From the NCBI RefSeq assembly GCF_006345805.1, contig NC_042999.1:73346001-73410000 (forward strand): 64,000 nt of DNA, given 5' to 3'. Positions 1 through 14,995 of this stretch are shown here, in pieces. The translations under genes were made by a program, and so were the position numbers. Positions within the stretch are counted from its first letter, which is position 1. The number at the start of each line of letters is the position of its first letter. The DNA is from Octopus sinensis (taxonomy: Eukaryota). The notes under the pieces are model-generated. The model was not told the origin of the DNA. It worked only from the letters and a program-made list of their open reading frames with translations, and did not search any database.

Positions 1-1062
1 AGTTGAAAATCGGGAATAAATTTACTCATTATTTGACTCAGGGGATTATTGTTCGTTTCAAAGGTTATATCGAAATGGGTCACCAAGCCATTCTGGACAT
101 AAGAACATATAATGTTTATATATGTAAGTGTACCCTATTCTGATACCCTTCCAATTATCGAGTTGAAATAAAACTACCAAAGAACTATATTTAAATATTT
201 AACTTGAGAAGATGAAGAGACTGGCTATCAATAATGTAATTGCAAATGTTGTCGCTTAGAAAATGATTGATATGTGGTTAGTGAGCTTTGTTTCTCATTT
301 TTCTCTTTTAGATATTGTTTCTAATGACTCGTATCAATTCCCATTTGAAATTTTAGAACTTAATTCATTGATAATGGTTAACATATATATGTGTGTAAGA
401 GTTGACATAAAGCTTAGTAAAGTGACAACAAATAACTTGCAGAAGATCGAGAAAATAGTGTAACCGTTAGTTGTTTCCAAACACTTTTATTCAACACACA
501 CAGCAAAACAAATAGCAAAGCATTGTTTCGAATAATTATCGGTAACATCATCAGAAAGTATAGCAACAATAGTGGTCACGCCACGCTTCGTATAACAATG
601 GCAACTTGAGATAATAAATGCACACTCTCGTCTCTTAGATTAAACACCCAAAAAAAATCAATTAAAAAAGCTAAAAATTCGAGTGCCTCATGCTACATAG
701 AATTACGAACATACGTATAAATAGAACACCCAGGGCTAGAAACAGTCGTTACATTGTCCAACATACATAACTACTTGTTCTGATATTGTCTTGAACTGAA
801 TAAATCTTGTACTTTGTTTTAGTTCAACATCTGAACCGTTCCATAAATTTCCCCTACAGATTTAAATAAACATGTTCTTCGTAGTGGTACAACACATTTC
901 TTTAGATTAAATTTTCTCTCAAATTATAACATCACCCTCTTAGTGGAAGAATACTGTATACATACACACATACATGCATGCATATATGCATGTATGTATG
1001 CGTGTGTATGTATATGTATGTGTGTATGTGTGTAGTATTATGTATGTATGTATGTATGTATG

Positions 1063-1087
<25 letters not shown>

Positions 1088-1096
<9 letters not shown>

Positions 1097-1233
1097 TGTA
1101 TGTACTGTGTAGTATGATTTTTAAGAAGTAGTATAGCACTCGATCAGTTAAGAGAGTAATGACAATATAAAACACAAAAAGCCTTGTCAATACGTCCATG
1201 TGTAGATAGATAGATAGATAGATAGATAGATAC

Positions 1234-1321
<88 letters not shown>

Positions 1322-1337
1322 TGACAGACAGACAGAC

Positions 1338-1406
<69 letters not shown>
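1088..1406. repeat. Compound (TATG)n/(GATA)n/(GACA)n microsatellites
   Basis: Direct reading. They explain the spurious ORF 1038..1541. Confidence 0.9.
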
Positions 1407-1407
<1 letters not shown>

Positions 1408-1779
1408 TATTTTTCTCTTTTTTTGGCTTTAAACATTATTTGTGCTGTGTTAAATTCTACGAGAGACATGAACTTCAAGATACACAATTTCAAAAACAGC
1501 ATATAGATGTATTTTCGATTGCTTACATTGTTAACTATCATTATGGATAGAGGGTACTCTTGTGAATTTTACAGCATACCTTCCCACAGTAATTAAGATA
1601 CGTCAATACATTTGAATAATTCAAAAAGTATAACACAATTTGCCTTGTTTCTCCATCTCAGAAAAGAAAACGAACTGTAACACTCCTTCCCGTTCATGTT
1701 CGTGTATTTTATGAGGTTTCCAGTAGAAGATGTAGTCTCATATCACACCCAGAACTTTATTTCTGTAATTACGTTGCTT

Positions 1780-2340
1780 ATCAGCACTTTAATATGACTG
1801 CAAATTTTAGTTTCCAAACAACATAAGCCTTGTTTTATTCAAATTTTATGATAATTTATATATGAAGCACCACCGTTTTCATTTTCATTTTCTTATTTCT
1901 GTCGTGAAAACCTCCAAAATTTCCTGTAAAATCTTCCTTGAACAAAGGAGAATTTGTGTCGTTGCAAATAAACTAAAATGTGAGTATTCTCAATATGCTA
2001 CATTTGTCATCTATGCACAAAATATTTAAAAAGATAGGGGTCTAAAACTGACCCGATATAACATACCAGTAATATCCTTACGAGATAACTTATGCTTACC
2101 TTATTGTCTGCTGCTTAAATAGCTTCTCAACCAATTAGATTCAACCCCGCTTTGTAATTAATCGAGTAATACATTGTGATCAATACTATAAAACACATTT
2201 TTAGATCTATAAATACACCCTGTGAATACTTTTTTGTCTACATAATTAGTAATTTTTCACTTAATTCAATTAGCGTCAAAGAGGTTGATCAGTCGATTGT
2301 TAGATAATCGAATCAATTATTTGACTGTTCATTATCAGAA
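1780..2340 (-). mobile_element. Highly degenerate LINE reverse transcriptase fragment (CR1/L2-like group)
   Basis: The minus strand gives QGVFIDLK..SIDHNVLL near 2170-2230 (cf. GIFLDLSKAFDTIDH). A frameshifted FSLFA(D)DTN-like motif lies near 1950-1980. Many stops; boundaries approximate. Confidence 0.45.
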
Positions 2341-2561
2341 GATTTCATCAGTGAGTAATTAGCTCTATTGACTTATACGCAAGAACCAATGGGACCGCAT
2401 TCCCTCTTCTAGTCACGTACACAGAAAAACACGCGCACACACACATAAACACAGCAGGATTTGAGCTCAGCTCTTAGTACAATCCAAGGAAATACCTTTG
2501 CGGGGGAATGCTCAGGAAAAAACTACTGTATATAGTATGCAGAACAAGTTCGTATCCACAA

Positions 2562-3140
2562 TCACGAATTGTTGCCATGGCAACCACTGAGGTTTGGGCT
2601 GGAGCAATGTCGTGATGAAAAGGGGCTCCTTTGGTGAGCATTCCTGGCCTTTTTTCTTTGATTGATTACTGGAGGCATTACAGTAGCTGAGAATAATACA
2701 GCCCTGTCACGGTGTGACCCTTTTCGAGGTAATCGATCAACAAGACACCTTGAGAATCCAAAACAACTGACGCCATGACCTTGCCAGCTGAAGGAATGAC
2801 CTGGCCTTCTTTGGGGTAGGATAAGATGTGTGCTTCCACTGCTTTGATTGTTCTTTGGTTTCAGGCTGGTAGTGATGAACCCAACTTTCGTCCATAGTAA
2901 TGAAACGAGCAAGAAAATTCTCTTCATCGGCTTCAAACAGTTCCAGATTGCTCGTGGACAAAAAGTGTCTGGTGCGTTTCTGTTCAGGAGTCAAAAGGTG
3001 AGGGACCCACCTTGCAGAAACCTTTGAGAACCTAAGTTTTTTTTTTTTTGTCACAATGTTGTCTGCTCTTTCGCCTGAGATGCCCAGTCTCTCAGCTATC
3101 TGGCGACATGGTATTCGACGATCTTGCATTATCATACCAA
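2562..3140 (-). mobile_element. Mariner transposase remnant (frameshifted)
   Basis: ORF 2737..3135 has the HTH region (IAERLGIS), SARWVPHLLT (mariner WVPHEL motif) and FITMDESWVHHYQPETK (first catalytic Asp). The sequence continues out of frame. Confidence 0.9.
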
Positions 3141-5989
3141 CATTGCCAGTGAGATACGTCAGCTCTTTCGATGAACATAGAACTGTATGAATGGAAGAGC
3201 TTAAATGATATTTATCAGTCGGAAAGGAATTCCGCCGAAGTCGACTTTACTTTTCATCCTTCCGGAGTCGATAACTAAGGTAACAGTTGACTACTGTGAT
3301 TGATGTATTCTTTGAGCCAATAGTAGAAAGGGTTATTGCATTCTTGCCTAAAACGGCAAGCAGACAGTATCGTTAACGCATCGGATAAAATGCTAAGCAG
3401 CATTTCTTCTGTGTCTTTATGTTTTGAGTTCGACTTCCGCCGTAGTCGACTTTACCTTTTATCCTTCCCGTGTCGATAAAATAAGTACTAGCTGAACACC
3501 AGATTCGATGTAATCGACTTACGCCTTCCCGGTAAACATCTGACCTTTTGTCAAATTTAGAAAGATTATTACATTCTTCGTTCATGCTGAGGAGAATGTT
3601 ATTGAAGTCAGTGTTGATCTGGTAGATAATGATGATATTCTGACAAGGTTCCTTACAATATTGCCATGGGTGGAAACTTTTTCCGATTTTCTCCCTCTAT
3701 AAAAACGCATCACTCCATAAAAACCCAGGTGACTCTGATGTGGTAGATATTCACCTTATGTATGAAGCTGCCTGTATGCAGAGTGGTAATTCCAGTCGGT
3801 TATAGTTCTTGGGAAGAAAGAGAGAAATGTTTGGTGTTGTTTGATTTAAGAGATGATGCAAAATAAGAATGAAGGTTGATGAAAGATGGGTGGGATAATT
3901 GCACTTAGAGGAAAGTAATGTACAATCTGTTAGTTCGAGGAACAGAAAGCGTTGAATTAGTGGTGTAACAGCAGAGTGAAGAAAGAGGACGTTTGCAAGC
4001 TATTAGTTTACGTTGATAATTGAATTTTTTCTAGTCAGTGAAGTGTAAGTAGTGCTCCGTTTGAAGAAAATAATGTTTCTAGAGAATCAGAAACTTATCT
4101 CACTAAATTATTTCGTGACTCTAAAGTGGAATGCTAGTCTTTGAGATATGGTGTTGGCAATGCTTTTTATATAGGATCATCCTCAGTGTTCATCAAAACC
4201 TGGTGAAGAGAAGTTAAGTTTTAGTTGCGTTGTTCGATCCAGATTCGTAGTTGGGGAAAGTAATGTGGAATGAGAGATATACTTGAAAAAATAAATCAAA
4301 GCATGGAAAGATTGTACTATAAATGGAGGTGATTCTGCGACAAAATTCTTTCAATGATGTCCCTTTAAGAGTAACTTTGGTTTTCCATACTCTGAGAGAT
4401 ATAAAATATTTATCCAGTATGTAAGTAGATTGATTCAGTCGATGTTATTTTCCAATATAATTTTGGCTTGATGTCAATATAAAGTATGATTGTATGAGAA
4501 ATACCCACAAACCAATGAAATATTGACTCCTATTGTCTAGGAAGAAAACACGAAAAGCATTTACGACATAAGTGAAATGAACTTGAAAATTAAAACCGCT
4601 TTGTAGTTCTAATCTCTCGAATCTTTACCTCTGCTGCACAACGCTTCATCCCATAACTTTCAATATACCCAGTTAATTGAAAGACATTGTTAATCTGGAG
4701 GAAACGTACCATATTGATTCATGTAAATTTCTGTAGCAGATATAAACATCATCTGATTAATTTTGTCATTTAATATTTCCTGTCTTAATTAATCCATTAG
4801 AAGACAAAAGAACTAACAAATATCAATGTTTAAACATCTCAATTAAATGTAATAAACCCGTCTCGTTTCTGATGTAAAATTGATGACTGCTTCAAAGGGT
4901 ATTCATAAGGCAATTGCCGTCTGTAAATCCTTTTCTTCTCTTCCGGTAAAGTTGAAACAAAAGATGTTTGTCTAAGTTTGCACTTGAAATCTCAGGACAA
5001 AAGAAAAGTTCCCTATGCGAATGGAAATAACTAAATAGTATTCTCACTTAATTATTTTCTCCAGAATCTAAACATTTATAAGATACAATATTCAGAGAGA
5101 CTTAACAGTTTTTAAGTTTCCTATAGATATCAGTGTTGTAAAAGAAGTGAATTGACTTTAATTAGAACTCGAAACGGCCATATATGTTTAATATTCATCT
5201 TGAACATTTTAAATAACGATTTCTAACAGGAGCACAAACATTATGTGGAGGGATATATACTCGATTATATCGTTTACCAGTAAGTGAATGGTAATAGGTA
5301 ATCGACCTGAGAAGGGTAATAGGTGAAACTGACCTCAGCAGTATTAAAAAATCAGAACTTGAAATAAAGGGACGTAACTGAATTCGATAATTCATCAAGA
5401 CTGAGTTCTGCCGTTCTTCTTTATCTAATGCCTTCTTCTAATCCACCGACCAATAAAGAACAATGCTGATTTCTAACATAGATACAGAACTCACATTTGT
5501 GGAGAGAAGTATTGCCGATTAATCGACCAAGTGCTTCATTACTACTTACTTTACTTACTGCAGAAGGGAGAAAGTCAATGATGGCTTTGGAGAGATTCGA
5601 AGTCTGAAGGTAAAAAGTCGTAACTAAAATGAATAAAGTATTTTGTCGTGGTACACTATTATAATACAACAATGCTGCTAATCCACCCCTCTGGATGATC
5701 GGAAACATGCAACTCGGAATATCGAACTATGAGCTTTTCAGTTATATTACATTAAAGAATACTCAAACTTACTTATCGAGTGCTGTTGTTTATTGCTTCT
5801 AAGTCAGCTAACAGAGATTCATACGTGTAGGGGTGGTGGTGCGTGAGTGCGTGTGCGTGTGTGTACGTGTGTGTATTTGCGTGTGTGTGTATTATATGTG
5901 TATATAAACACGTTATTGCGTGCTAAGTTGTATGACACGGAAATACATGTAATAATACCCATATTATCTATTCGCTTCATGTTTATTAC

Positions 5990-8090
5990 AACATACATGA
6001 TGATGGCCATCCACTCGTGACCGAGGAAGACCATTGCTGACCTTTAGAACGTTGTGCACTCTAGGACTAATATTTTGAATTTTCGGCTCCGTTGGTGGCT
6101 AATGAGCCCTGCTCTTGATAAGCATACACGATTACAAACATTGCAACCAAGCTTTCCCCATTCACTATGCTAGCAGTGCGCTCTCGAGCAGCACACTTAA
6201 ATTCTTTATGCAGAATATGCGCTCTTTCTAAGCTGTCGAACTCCTCCTTAACCTACTTCCTCCATCTGTGGCGATGACAGGCATTGCTCTCTCAGTCAGT
6301 CTCTTGTATATTACAAGCCTTTAATGAGGACTTGACACAGTCCTTAAATTGCAGCCTTAGTTTCTGCCGGGGTCTTTTTCCACTAACAAGTTCCCCATAA
6401 AGCATCTGTTTAGGGATCCTGCTATCCTTCATTCTAATAAGGTGTCCAGTCCAACGTAACCGGTGCTTGTGTACCATCGCCTCAATACTCAAGTTTTTCT
6501 CTGGAACTGTGTTTCTGGAGTTTTATGGTCCAGGCAACATTTAGAATGTGTCTCAGACATATCTGATGAAAGTGTACAAGGACCTTTGCATGATGTTTTT
6601 AAAGGGTCCATGTCTCACGTGAGTAAATGAGCAATGTCAGTACACATGCGCGGTACACAGCAATTTTGGTTTGCCTTGTGATGCCATGCTGGGACCAGAT
6701 ACGAGACTCAAGAGACCAGAAGGAATCAGTTGCTCTCCGCGGCCTGAAAGATATTTCATCATCCAGGGAGCAAGAACGGCTGAGCGTGCTCCCAAAGTAG
6801 ACAAACTTGTCTACTACTTTCAGAATTGTTCCTTCAACCAAGATAGCTGCGGTGCAAGGTGGAACATCACAACATTTTTGTTTAGGTTATTGCTGACTCC
6901 AAATGCCTCGCAAAAAGCAGAAATACGATTCATAAGTATTTGCATGTTATCCACTGTATGAGCGACTAAGTCACAGTCATCTGCATAAAGGAGGTCACGA
7001 ATAAGAGACTGGAAAACTTTTGAATTGGTGGCAAATCGACGCAGATTAAAGAGGCGGCCAGAAGATCGATACCTGAAATGTATTCCCAGAGAGCTGACCT
7101 TAGCAAAAGCATGACTAAAAGCAGCAGTAAAGTACAAAGAAAAGAGAATTGAGGCAAGAATATCGCTCTGCTTGACACTATTCTCTACAGGAATGGGTCC
7201 CATCATCCCACCACCAGCATTGACCCAAGCCTCCATTCTATCATGAAATGATTTAATTATAGATACAAAGTGATCCGGACATCCAAGTTTGCCAAGTAAT
7301 TTCCATAGCAAGGCCTTATTCGCAGTATCAAAGGCCTTCGTTGAATCAATGAATACCTGGACAAGATCCATATTCTGCTCATAGCACTTCTCCTGCATGT
7401 CTTGCTCTGAAAATCATATCCATTGTCCCTCTACTAGATCGGAAGCCACATTGAGATTCAGATAGGACATCATTTACGAGACACCCATTCAGGCGGCTAA
7501 AAAGAATATTTGCCAGAACCTTGCCAGCAGCTGATAGTAGAGCAATACCTCTGTAGTTACCACACATTATTTTGGCTCCTTTTCCTTTATTGAGAGGAAG
7601 AATAATTGCATACTTCCAGTCCTTAGGCATTGCACCATCCCTCCAGACTACACTAATAAGTTCATGAAGGGACTGTATAATGTAATCACCACCAAACCCT
7701 AAGACCTCAGCGCAAATTCCATCCCTTCGGAGTGCCCTACCAAAATTCAATTTATTTATTGCTGTTATTACAAGCAATAAAGGCCTTTGTCGCATAGTAT
7801 CAATCACTGTTTCATCCACAATGACTCATGGTTTAGGAGTTCAGAGAAGTGTTCAATCCATCGACCCGTGATTTCTGTTGATTTAGTAAATAGAGTAGAA
7901 GACTCCTTGGAAAGCAAAGGAGCTAATGTGGAGCTCTTAGGCCCATAAACTTGCTTCATAAGATGGTAAAGCTTCTTGCTGTCATTTGCATCAGCAGCAG
8001 CCTGAACATCACGAGCAAGATCCTCCCACCAAGTGTTCTGCATCTTCCTGAGAGATCGCTGCAGTAGTGATTTTACACTGCTTTAGTAGA
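5990..8090 (-). mobile_element. RTE-clade LINE, 5'-truncated and frameshifted
   Basis: Consecutive minus-strand ORFs: CGNYRGIALLSAAGKVLA, ESQCGFRSSRGTMDMIF, VFIDSTKAFDT, LLYADD, FVYFGSTLS, HRLRWTGHLIRMKDSRIPKQMLYGEL. Confidence 0.95.
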
Positions 8091-8160
8091 TTGGTGCTAG
8101 ATTTCGATGCACAGCAATTTCAGCTGTGCAACTACATATATACATACATACAGACAGACT

Positions 8161-8196
<36 letters not shown>

Positions 8197-8372
8197 GGCA
8201 GGCAGACAGACAGACAGACAGACATGTATTTATGTATCTATATTCTGTTTTTAATTTATTCATATGCTTCCTTTTGGGAAGGAGCTGGTTTCAAACAAAT
8301 ATACAAACCTACATGTGTGTATGTATGGATGTATGTATGTATGCATGCGTGCATGCAAATCGCCTGCATCGA

Positions 8373-8930
8373 CTAGGCTATCGGGTGCTGTAATAAACTG
8401 CTGGTTACAATAGAGTCCAATACTTTCTTGAATTCACCTTTTTTTCCATCTTGGTCCAAATCGTTCAAGTAAATCTGATTCCCATCATTGTAGAGGCCTT
8501 CCAGGTGGCCATTTCCAGTCCTTTGGATACCACTTGGAAACTTCCCAGGTCCACCTTCTATCAACGCGATGTTCCCGGCCCAGCCAAACTTGTGCTTTCG
8601 GTATTCTATCGCGTCTTTCACTCTGCTTAATACCGGGATTACCTTCATTTTGGATATGCTTTTACAATGATATTCCTAACATGGTGTTTCTATGGTACTT
8701 TGCATTCTGGCTAGTCAATGTTCTCTCCGCCGCTTAGTAGTTTACGTCTCATTTGCATAGAAGAGCGTAGGCAGGACAGTGCCATTGAAGAGACTGCCAT
8801 GTAAGCTAACCGTTGATATCCACAAGTCCAGACAATGTCTCTAATGAGCATTTTGAGACATGCAGTGAATAACTTAGGAGAAATAGTATATCTTTGTTTG
8901 ATGCCCTTCTTTTTTGCAACTCTTACAATG
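8373..8930 (-). mobile_element. Second degenerate RTE-like LINE 3' fragment
   Basis: RKHKFGWAGNIA resembles the RTE C-terminal K..WAGH.AR motif. Otherwise decayed. Confidence 0.55.
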
Positions 8931-9078
8931 ATAAAGACTCAGTTACAGTGAGACAACTACTTCTAATAATATAACTATTGGACAAAAATATTAAACTCTA
9001 CATTTCTGTATTGAGTTTTTTCTATTGCTATTTATTATTTCAATATATTATACCACTTGTAAGATATAAGTATGTATT

Positions 9079-9189
<111 letters not shown>

Positions 9190-9211
9190 ATGTATACACA
9201 CACATGCACGT

Positions 9212-9516
9212 GGAGGTACGTGGCCTAGTAGTTAAACCAGCAAACTCGCAGTCGAGAGATCGCGGGTTCGAACCTCAAACCGGGTGATGCGAGTGTTTAT
9301 GAACGAAACACCTAAGCTTCACGCGGCTCCGGCAGAAGGTAATGGTGAACTTCTGCTGACTCTTTCGCCACAACTTCCTCTCACTCTTTCCTGCTAGCAG
9401 CTCACCTGCGACGGACCGGCATCCTGTCCAGATGGGGAACCTATACGCCAACGAAACAGGGAAACCGACCCTTATGAGCCAGGCAAGGTTTGTGAAGGAA
9501 CAAACAACAACAACAA
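9212..9516 (+). mobile_element. tRNA-derived SINE (copy 1 of the duplication)
   Basis: A-box-like TGGCCTAGTAGTTA, B-box GGTTCGAACC, and a (CAA)n tail. Confidence 0.8.
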
Positions 9517-9918
9517 ATATGCATACACAGATACACTCGCACATGCACACGCGCGGACGAGCATGCAGGCACACAATCGCTTGACATATATAGTATTTCA
9601 AGCACCAATTTATTAACTCCAGACGAAAGGAAAACCAAACCAGAGTTTCTGGGTACAAGTTGACTGTACTCAATGAGAATCTCTTCTCATATTTCTGTGA
9701 TGTCACTTTCATTACTTGTTATTATTCAGTATAGGATATCCTTCTAATTACGTAATTTGTAAGACTATACAAGTGTTCCGTGTAGAGGCAGTAATTAAAT
9801 AGCTTATAATCGAAACTCTGACACACTTACAAGACAATGGCGAGTGCGTGTGTGTACATATGCATACATACATGCATATACAAACATATACATATATATA
9901 TATATATATATTCGCACG

Positions 9919-10011
<93 letters not shown>

Positions 10012-10033
10012 ATGTATACACACACATGCACGT

Positions 10034-10338
10034 GGAGGTACGTGGCCTAGTAGTTAAACCAGCAAACTCGCAGTCGAGAGATCGCGGGTTCGAACCTCAA
10101 ACCGGGTGATGCGAGTGTTTATGAACGAAACACCTAAGCTTCACGCGGCTCCGGCAGAAGGTAATGGTGAACTTCTGCTGACTCTTTCGCCACAACTTCC
10201 TCTCACTCTTTCCTGCTAGCAGCTCACCTGCGACGGACCGGCATCCTGTCCAGATGGGGAACCTATACGCCAACGAAACAGGGAAACCGACCCTTATGAG
10301 CCAGGCAAGGTTTGTGAAGGAACAAACAACAACAACAA
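10034..10338 (+). mobile_element. tRNA-derived SINE (copy 2 of the duplication)
   Basis: Identical to 9212-9516. Confidence 0.8.
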
Positions 10339-10738
10339 ATATGCATACACAGATACACTCGCACATGCACACGCGCGGACGAGCATGCAGGCACACAATC
10401 GCTTGACATATATAGTATTTCAAGCACCAATTTATTAACTCCAGACGAAAGGAAAACCAAACCAGAGTTTCTGGGTACAAGTTGACTGTACTCAATGAGA
10501 ATCTCTTCTCATATTTCTGTGATGTCACTTTCATTACTTGTTATTATTCAGTATAGGATATCCTTCTAATTACGTAATTTGTAAGACTATACAAGTGTTC
10601 CGTGTAGAGGCAGTAATTAAATAGCTTATAATCGAAACTCTGACACACTTACAAGACAATGGCGAGTGCGTGTGTGTACATATGCATACATACATGCATA
10701 TACAAACATATACATATATATATATATATATTCGCACG

Positions 10739-10858
<120 letters not shown>

Positions 10859-10981
10859 AAAGAGGCTAACATAACCTCTAATCGAATTATATATATATAA
10901 TAAACGCATCATGCATATACTTATACATCTTTTTTATCTTTTATCTTTTACTTCTATTAGTCATTACACTGAAGCCATTTG

Positions 10982-11035
<54 letters not shown>

Positions 11036-12839
11036 TGTGTTTGTGTGTGTATGCATATATGCATGTATGTATAATTAATACGTGTTATACAGGATATTTT
11101 GATAAGGGAGCCCACTCTGATTTGTGGTACTTCTGATGTAAATGGAATATAGATAATAATCTTTTGATATGATTTCATTTTATATTGAGTTTAATTTATA
11201 GCTCTTAAAACTTGATAAATCTTTCTGTCCCTCTCCCTTTCCTTCTCTCTCTCATACACACACTTTTTCTCTCTTTTCCATATGATAACTAAATTGATGT
11301 ACAACTATTCTCAGTGAAGTAGATACAAAGTAACATAGCTTTTATGAAAATTAATTATATATTTGATCTCATTTAATTAGAATAAATTTGCTAACCAGAG
11401 TTTTATTAGCTTTCAATTTAAATTACTATCCTAAAATGCTTTCAGAAATGTGCATCGAATGACTGTTTGGGTGAAGTTTAAAACAATTTAATTACGAAAG
11501 CCGAAATTAGGTCAACAATCCAATATCTAAAAATCCGTGGGAAGTTTTATGCGGTCGCTTAACTTGCTAAAAATTGCAATCAAATCCTTTCAACTCACGC
11601 TCTAAGTCATCAAATAAAGGGAGGACACATTGGATAATATATTCCTAAATACACAATGTTCGACTAAAAAATGCGAAGATCAAGGCTGGAACAGTTTTGA
11701 TAAGTTTACTTATGGCTAAACAGCAACAACAACATCAAAAATCTTTTTCCATTTTTATTCTTTTTGCTTTCATTCTCAATTTCTTGTTAATGTAAATTAT
11801 GGTTGCACATAAATAGTCAATGATCTTTTTCTTTAGTTCATTATTAGTTATTGGTTTGCTTTGGCCAAGAGATTAAAGGGCCATGCTGAAACACTCCTTG
11901 TGCTAATAATTTCATTTCACTTAAGCAGCTGCTGGTACCTCTCTTCAAAGGCATATTCTTTATACAGAAAACTTTTTACACCCTGAAAATTCGGTGTCTT
12001 TTGCCTAAGTAAGAAATTCTGTGTCGACTAACCGTCTCACCTCTCTGATACTTTTAATTCTTTCATGCGCAAACAAACGTGGTCACTCGAGCCGCTAAAA
12101 GTGAAGACTGATTTCCCTCCAATCACAGAATACTGTCTTAGAAAGGAAGAACGTACTTCATAATATAGTCCCAGATATGTTTATCCAAAAAATACTCTAC
12201 TTGAGCTGGCCTGCCCCGAAGGCAAAAAAAAAAAGAAAAGAAAAAGATTCACTCATGCCTGTCTTGATGGACTGCCGATATCACAGAAAAATCCTTGATG
12301 CTAGAGAATTTCTAGGCAATGAACCATAAAGTTCTGTTGCAAATTAAGGTAGGATGAAAAGGATCGTATATAGTGTACTGTGCAGAGGCTTTCTTGATTG
12401 CAATCTTGCAGGCTTCGCTTGGATGGATAAAAATCGTTCCTGATTGTATGTAACTTGTATCAAGTGTTGGAGGAAGTATTCTTTGCTCGTATTGTGGCAG
12501 CACATCTACGAGACAACTATTGGAGGTTGGAGGTTATGAGATTTGGTTATGTGAGTGATATGAAGGAACATATTTAAGGGAAGGGTTTCATTCAACTACT
12601 TGACTGTTTTAGTAGGAAAACACATATTTGCAGTTAGAGACAGTAAGCGTTAAAATGAAGGAGCTCCGGCCATTTAAATAGTTTGGAGAAACAGCAGTAT
12701 TTGGGTTGTGGCACAGTGCAATAACAGATGTGTTTCTGTGATTAGACGATCCCATTAGTAGCGATAATAAATATTGGGATATCTGGAGGTGAAAAGTACG
12801 TCTAGTGTATTTGGGGCGGCAATGTGTCTGTCTAGAAAT

Positions 12840-13240
12840 GAAGCAACCCCGACTAGTGAATAGAGATGGCCCAATTTTTCTCCACAACAACGCACGTCCT
12901 CACACTCCTCAAGCTACAGAATAATGAGATTCTGCAACATTCTCCCTATTCCTCTGATATCTCTCTTACTGATCATCACTTATTTAAGCATTTTGAGCTT
13001 TTCATAAGCAATTAAACATTTTTAAATAGAGAAGAGGTAATTGAATCATTCGGACAGTTTATCACAGTAAAAGATGATTTTTTTTTTTAAGATTGAATAT
13101 ATGGCATAGAAAAACATTGGGTAAACGTCATAGTTTAACATGGATCATACTTTGATTAAATAAATCAGTTCTCTAACACTTCTGAAACATTTTATTGTTA
13201 CCTTTCAAATACGACATTTCATGTGAAACAACCTGATATT
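12840..13240 (+). mobile_element. Mariner transposase 3' remnant
   Basis: FLHNNARPH (cf. LHDNARPH) at about 12877 and PYSSDISLTDHHLFK (cf. YSPDLAPxDYHLF) at about 12944. Confidence 0.75.
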
Positions 13241-14527
13241 TATATATTAAGAGTTCAAAGACACAGAAAATTAAAAGAGAGAAGGTATAGTGTTATAAGT
13301 CCGACAGTTGTTCCTGGGGACCTGGAGTTAGTTTATAATGTTGGCAAAATTAGTTCAGCAAAATATGCAACCAGTAAAGGAATCGAATAACCGTTAGAGA
13401 GATCCAGCCTCCGTTTTCAGGGTGGAGAGATAAAAATCTGACATTTCAGATCATGACACAGGGAAATTCAAAGGTAGACTCAAGACAGAGGTCAAGTAAC
13501 CAGACGGTACGACGAAATAATAAAGAATACAAACAAGGGTTCTAAAAAATAGAAAATATATATTTTGGTAGGTATTGTACGTCCGACGACAGCTAAGTGT
13601 TTAAACTATAGACATAATGCGGTGAAAGTGACAGAAGCATACCAACCACCGAACCGTCATCTTGTTCTCAACAACCTTATATTGACGCGGACATATGTGC
13701 TTTTCTTTTTACCGACTTAACATATTTCAATTATGTTTTAAAATATCGACACAGCTTGAATCCTCCACCCTAAATTTATCGATAAACGCCAGTCAAACAA
13801 GGCAACACTTTCAAATATATTCCCAATAAATCTTCATATATTTCATGAGTACAACACCAAAAGTAATTTTGTTTTATTCTCACTGAAATGTTAAAGATGA
13901 TAGGAAATTCTTGGTAGTTTTGAAATAGCTTCGAATGCATCTCAACACGACACTTTCTAACATCTTTACACTTCCATGCCAATTTCTCACTATTTTCACT
14001 TCTGAATATTTAGAAATTCAGCTTAGGATTTATAAACATTATCGGTTCCGACGATGAGCATTCAATTATTCGATCAACTGAAACACATAGTCATTGAATA
14101 AGTGTGCAAGTGACTGAGTGTATCATAGTCACGTTTTTCCCTTAACGGTTAATCCATCATGATACGGGGTTAGAAGGCTGTATAGGATAAAAGGTGAGTA
14201 CCCACTTCGGTCATGAATGACCATGGGATTGCACCTAGAAAGTTCCCCTCCGAGGAACAGGTTCGGGACCTCGCGTATCAGCCCCCCTCTCTACGCCACC
14301 GATGTTGTCTAAGGGAAAGGCAAAGGCTGATAAAACCTGGCACTAATGACTTGTCAACTTGGCAATTCATTTCTACAGCTATGTGAACTGGAGCTACATG
14401 AAACAAAATATCTTGCTCAACAAGACAACACACAGCCCGGTTCGGGAATCGAACGCACTACATCATGATTGCGAATCCGACGCTCTAACTACTGAGCCAT
14501 GCGACTTCACTGTGTCTGTGTACATAT

Positions 14528-14903
14528 GGGCAAAAGCCCAGTGGTTAGAGCAGCAGACTCGAGGTCGTAGGATCGCGGTTTCGATTTCTAGACCGGGCGT
14601 TGTGAGTGTTTATTGAGCAAAAACGTCTAAAGCCCCACGATGCTCCGGCAGGGGCTGTTGGTGAACCCTGCTGTACTCTTTCACTACAACTTTCTCTCAC
14701 TCTTTCTTCCTGTTTCTGTTGTACCTGTATTTCGAAGGGGCAGTCTTGTCACACTCTGTGATACGCTGAATCTCCCCGAGAACTACGTTAAGAGCACACG
14801 TGTCTGTGGAGTGCTCAACCACTTGCATGTTAATTTCACGAGCAGGCTGTTCTATTGATCGGATCAACTGGAACCCCCGTCGTCGTAACCGACAGAGTTC
14901 CAC

Positions 14904-14905
<2 letters not shown>
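14528..14905 (+). mobile_element. tRNA-derived SINE related to the 9212 family
   Basis: tRNA-like head GCCCAGTGGTTAGAGCAGCAGACTCG...GGTTTCGATTT. The body shares gagtgtttat..gctccggcag..cacaactttctctcactctttc with the 9212 copy. Confidence 0.75.

Positions 14906-14995
<90 letters not shown>

Noticed and set aside
9212-9285. tRNA-like sequences here and at 10034 and 14528
   Set aside because: They are SINE heads with A/B boxes that continue into shared SINE bodies and lack a full cloverleaf.
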